DNA of 64,000 bases, from positions 2,403 through 66,402 of the forward strand of contig JAGVXI010000012.1 of NCBI GenBank assembly GCA_018303855.1. Direction: 5' to 3'. A program made the position numbers and the translations under genes. The first letter of the stretch is position 1, and each line of letters begins with the position of its first letter. The stretch is from Candidatus Pacearchaeota archaeon. Its GTDB lineage: Archaea > Nanobdellota > Nanobdellia > Pacearchaeales > GW2011-AR1. The notes below the pieces were generated by a model, which saw only the letters and a program-made list of their open reading frames with translations, did not search any database and had not been told where the DNA came from. Below, piece by piece: positions 60,744 to 64,000 of the stretch.

Positions 60744-61517
60744 CTATTGCTTTTTCTTATTGTCTACTAGCTTCTTTTTGTTCATAATTACCATTGCAGC
60801 TGCAACAACTACTGCTATAAATATTAATCCTGCACCTGCTTTTGATTTGGCAAAATTTGCAACACCTCCAATAATATTCCCTGTAATTCCAGCCCACCCT
60901 TGATTAGGGCATTGTTTTATTGTTAACGGTTTTAATTCTTCTGTTCCGCAGTTGTTTGTGTCTCTGCACTCTCTTGAACCGCACTCATTATCTTCATTGC
61001 TCCATGCATCACACTGCCATCTTTCAATGCATGTTTCTTGTAGTAGACTTAAAGGAGTTACTCCTGGACTGTTTGAACTTGAACTACCTCCGCCTCCGCC
61101 GCCTCCGCCTCCACCATTGTTGCTTTCAGTTGCACAAGTTGATGAACATCCGTCACCATTTGTAGTATTTCCATCATCACAGCTCTCTCCTGCTTCAACA
61201 ATACTATTGCCGCAAACAGAAGAAGCATTGCATGCCTGGGTATTTCCACACTGCACAGGTTTTAGATTTACTGTTCCACACTGGTTTTTATCAATGCAAA
61301 TAAATGTCTGTTGATTATTATTGCAAGAACTCCATGTTGAACTGCTCCAGTCTTCTTCACAGCCCCCAGAACCAATAACTATTCTCCCCCCACCAACATC
61401 AACTCCAAAACTGCCATGATAAGTAGCAGCACTTGCAACACTTGCCGCTACTAACAAAACTGCCAAACTTACTAAGAATATTTTTGTATTCATCTTTTGT
61501 TTTTGTGATTGTATCAA
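60744..61517 (-). CDS. Cys-rich surface protein with myxococcal cysteine-rich repeat and poly-Gly linker
   Basis: CGNSIVEAGESCDDGNTTNGDGCSSTC, two C.E.W...WS.C modules, C-terminal TM. Confidence 0.85.
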   Translation of the reverse strand: MIQSQKQKMNTKIFLVSLAVLLVAASVASAATYHGSFGVDVGGGRIVIGSGGCEEDWSSSTWSSCNNNQQTFICIDKNQCGTVNLKPVQCGNTQACNASSVCGNSIVEAGESCDDGNTTNGDGCSSTCATESNNGGGGGGGGGGSSSSNSPGVTPLSLLQETCIERWQCDAWSNEDNECGSRECRDTNNCGTEELKPLTIKQCPNQGWAGITGNIIGGVANFAKSKAGAGLIFIAVVVAAAMVIMNKKKLVDNKKKQ

Positions 61518-61587
61518 TTTTTATTTAATAAAGATATCTGTAACTTATTTTATATTTTAAACCTTGTATATTTGAGTACTATCTAGC

Positions 61588-64000
61588 TTAATCTTCGCAG
61601 TTTACAGTGTCAATCCAGTATTCTAAGTCATGCACACCAGGGCCAATTTGCTGTACAACTTCGCTATTAAGTGTTAAGCTCAAACCAAATTCTGTCTGCT
61701 CGTTTATCTCTTCGCATGCCTCGCCAAGTTGTAGTATTCCTGCATCACTTTCAAATCCTTCATGCTGCAATCCTACAAATGTGCTATCGTTGTTATTTGA
61801 TATTTCTGCATTCATCATTGCAGGGGTTATAATTTCTCCAAGCTTGTTCATTCTGAATTGTATGTTACTATCCCCTCTTATGCATGTGTGGAATGTGAAA
61901 TCACACTCTCCTCCTAAAATTGGGTCTATGTTGCAGAATGCCGGAGAAATATACTCAACAAAAACAGTTTCAGATAGATATTCGCTTATTGAACTTGTTC
62001 CTTGATTCCCTAGGTTATCAGAAGTATAAACAACTAATTCATATTCGCCAGTTGGAAGAGATTTATCCATTAATGCCTCATACACATTTCCTTGCTCTCC
62101 GCTGTAAACAGATTTTCTTAGTGAGATGTTTCTAACAACTTCTTGTTGTGAATTTATTAGCTCAGCTCTGACACTCTCATTATTTATACCTGCTCCGTTA
62201 TCAAATACCTCAACAACAATTGCCTGCGAGCATCTTTGTATGTTTCCAGCTTCATTTTGAGTGGGGTTGTGTATAATTATTGTTGGGAGAGTATTGTCAA
62301 GCCAGTCTTCTTCTGTATTTTGTTCCTCTTCATTTCCAAGCAAATCAATTGAATCATAATACAAAGTGTAAAGCCCATCTTCTTCTTCTATGTTAAACTG
62401 CTCAGAATATATCTGTGGTTCATTCTCGTTAATTTGGTAAGAAGTGTAATCACATCCAACTTCTGAATCTGAGCATGTTAAATTAAACAAAGTTTCTGAA
62501 GTGATAAACAATGCACTTCCATTGTTATATTGCGGAGTTCCAATTGTTTTTGTTGTTGTTGGAGCTTGTGTATCTACCTTGTCTGTTTCATTTTTAATTT
62601 CTTCTGTGTTTTCTAATTCATCTGTGGAATAATATTCAATTTCATATACTCCATCTCCTTGTTCAAATGCGAAAGACTCTTCATAAACAAGCCATTCAGA
62701 CCAGTTTCCCTCAGCATATTTTATTCTATAATATGTTGCATCACACCCTACTACCACATCTTCATCACCATCGCTACATTCCAACACTATCTCTGTTTCA
62801 TCTGTAATAAACCAATCAATAACCCACTGAAGCCATTCAAAACCCTCAACTTTTGGCTCACCAACTGTCTTTGTTGTTTCAGGAGGGGTTCTGTCAATAT
62901 TAACGCTTACCCCATTTTCTCCAATATTACATGCTTTGTCTTTTGCTCTTTTTGTTATTGCACAATTTCCATCATCAGAACAATAAGTATCTAGTATTAC
63001 ATTAAAATTATTGTTGCAAATATCAGAACTCCATTCAGAAATATAAGGAGTATTCTGATTATTTTGTATTTCAATTTGACATTCTAATAAACTATTCTCT
63101 GCGTCAGCATCATTTTCACTTACATCAAAATTAGTATTGAACCAATCATCCTCTTGAGGTGCAGTTATTTCAACTGTTGGGTTTCCATTATCATAATAAA
63201 CATCTTCACTCCAAGAACTCCAATCTCCTGTGTTGCCAGCCATATCTACAGCCCTAACTCTTATTGAATATGTGTGCTCATTTGTTCCTGCAAGATTTAA
63301 ACTTAATAATTCTGGTTCTATTATTGGATTTATCTGTCCTGTATCATTTATCTCAACTTCATAATAATCAACAGGAGCACATCCATTGCTTGTTGCTTCT
63401 GTCCATGAGAATGAAATCTCCTCATTTGTATAGTCTTGTTCACAATTAAATGTGTTATCAACACTTACTTCAGGAGTTTCTGGTTCTTGGGTATCAACGC
63501 AAAATTCGCATGATGCAGTTTCTCCTTCATTATTAAATTCATCAATAGCATAAGCAGTTATTGTATGGTTTCCTTCTAAAAATGTTTCTTCAAATGGCTT
63601 TGTTTGCCAATCTTCTTCAACTTCATTGAAACTTCCATCGCTTGGATCAGAATTTGTATAATCATGGTTTGCATTATTACTATTGTCCTCGCTTTCTCTG
63701 CTATACTGAACATTATCTATTTCACTCCCTCCTGTTTCAGCATCACTTGCACTGCCACTTATATAAAGCTCTTGTTGATTTACATAAGGATTTTCAGTGC
63801 ATGACCATGTTTCATCTTCGTTGTTTTGATTTATTATTGTTAAAACATTAATTATTGGAGTTAACTCTAAAACATCTTCATTGTTTATCTCTACATTCCA
63901 GATATGGCTCTCAGATTCATAAATCCAGCCATCAACTTCAATTTCAATTTTAGTAATTTCTTCCTCACCATCACTTGCTTTCCATTCAGCTAAAGAATTG
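61588..64000 (-). CDS. Large acidic Ig-like repeat surface protein (5' end outside window)
   Basis: Repeated D..P.T...G.Y..YYS.D..GN.E modules; the frame immediately upstream of 63243 is open (EHTYSIRVRAVD-MAGN), so the ORF-track start is internal and the gene probably extends to the window edge. Confidence 0.82.
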   Translation of the reverse strand, partial: NSLAEWKASDGEEEITKIEIEVDGWIYESESHIWNVEINNEDVLELTPIINVLTIINQNNEDETWSCTENPYVNQQELYISGSASDAETGGSEIDNVQYSRESEDNSNNANHDYTNSDPSDGSFNEVEEDWQTKPFEETFLEGNHTITAYAIDEFNNEGETASCEFCVDTQEPETPEVSVDNTFNCEQDYTNEEISFSWTEATSNGCAPVDYYEVEINDTGQINPIIEPELLSLNLAGTNEHTYSIRVRAVDMAGNTGDWSSWSEDVYYDNGNPTVEITAPQEDDWFNTNFDVSENDADAENSLLECQIEIQNNQNTPYISEWSSDICNNNFNVILDTYCSDDGNCAITKRAKDKACNIGENGVSVNIDRTPPETTKTVGEPKVEGFEWLQWVIDWFITDETEIVLECSDGDEDVVVGCDATYYRIKYAEGNWSEWLVYEESFAFEQGDGVYEIEYYSTDELENTEEIKNETDKVDTQAPTTTKTIGTPQYNNGSALFITSETLFNLTCSDSEVGCDYTSYQINENEPQIYSEQFNIEEEDGLYTLYYDSIDLLGNEEEQNTEEDWLDNTLPTIIIHNPTQNEAGNIQRCSQAIVVEVFDNGAGINNESVRAELINSQQEVVRNISLRKSVYSGEQGNVYEALMDKSLPTGEYELVVYTSDNLGNQGTSSISEYLSETVFVEYISPAFCNIDPILGGECDFTFHTCIRGDSNIQFRMNKLGEIITPAMMNAEISNNNDSTFVGLQHEGFESDAGILQLGEACEEINEQTEFGLSLTLNSEVVQQIGPGVHDLEYWIDTVNCED

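Noticed and set aside
61086-61117. GC-rich CCGCCT repeats
   Set aside because: Encodes the poly-Gly linker of the surface protein; not a separate element.
7665-63851. Many antisense ORFs of 60-180 aa overlapping well-supported genes (e.g. 17202-17735, 24109-24606, 36254-36772)
   Set aside because: Shadow frames of real genes, Ser/Phe/Ile-rich, with no motifs.

Overview
AT-rich archaeal chromosomal segment, most consistent with a DPANN archaeon (Pacearchaeota-like; inferred from rRNA style and gene set). It begins with an rRNA operon on the minus strand (16S, a small ORF, tRNA-Ala, 5' part of 23S). Core genes follow: rps2, enolase, rpoK, the exosome/proteasome superoperon, RNase J, Mre11-Rad50, psmB-aCPSF1, a presenilin-like protease, TrmB, CCA enzyme, oapABC and rtcB-archease. 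There are several surface-protein clusters and a large type IV pilus locus. The most notable observations are: (1) a family of nested TCAAGA...TCTTGA palindromic elements that appears to grow by insertion of hairpin doublets, plus a hairpin doublet in frame in a prepilin leader; (2) a ~4.3 kb IS6-like transposon with terminal repeats and a target duplication, carrying an RHH gene and a nonsense-interrupted type IIG restriction-modification gene, inserted right at the SRP RNA promoter; (3) an SRP RNA that seems to lack helix 6 and the helix 8 GNRA loop; (4) three tandem secreted proteins with a resistin/PCSK9-like cysteine pattern beside the pilus locus; (5) many long stop-codon-rich spacers inside normally tight operons. 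All calls were made by eye from motifs, without database searches.
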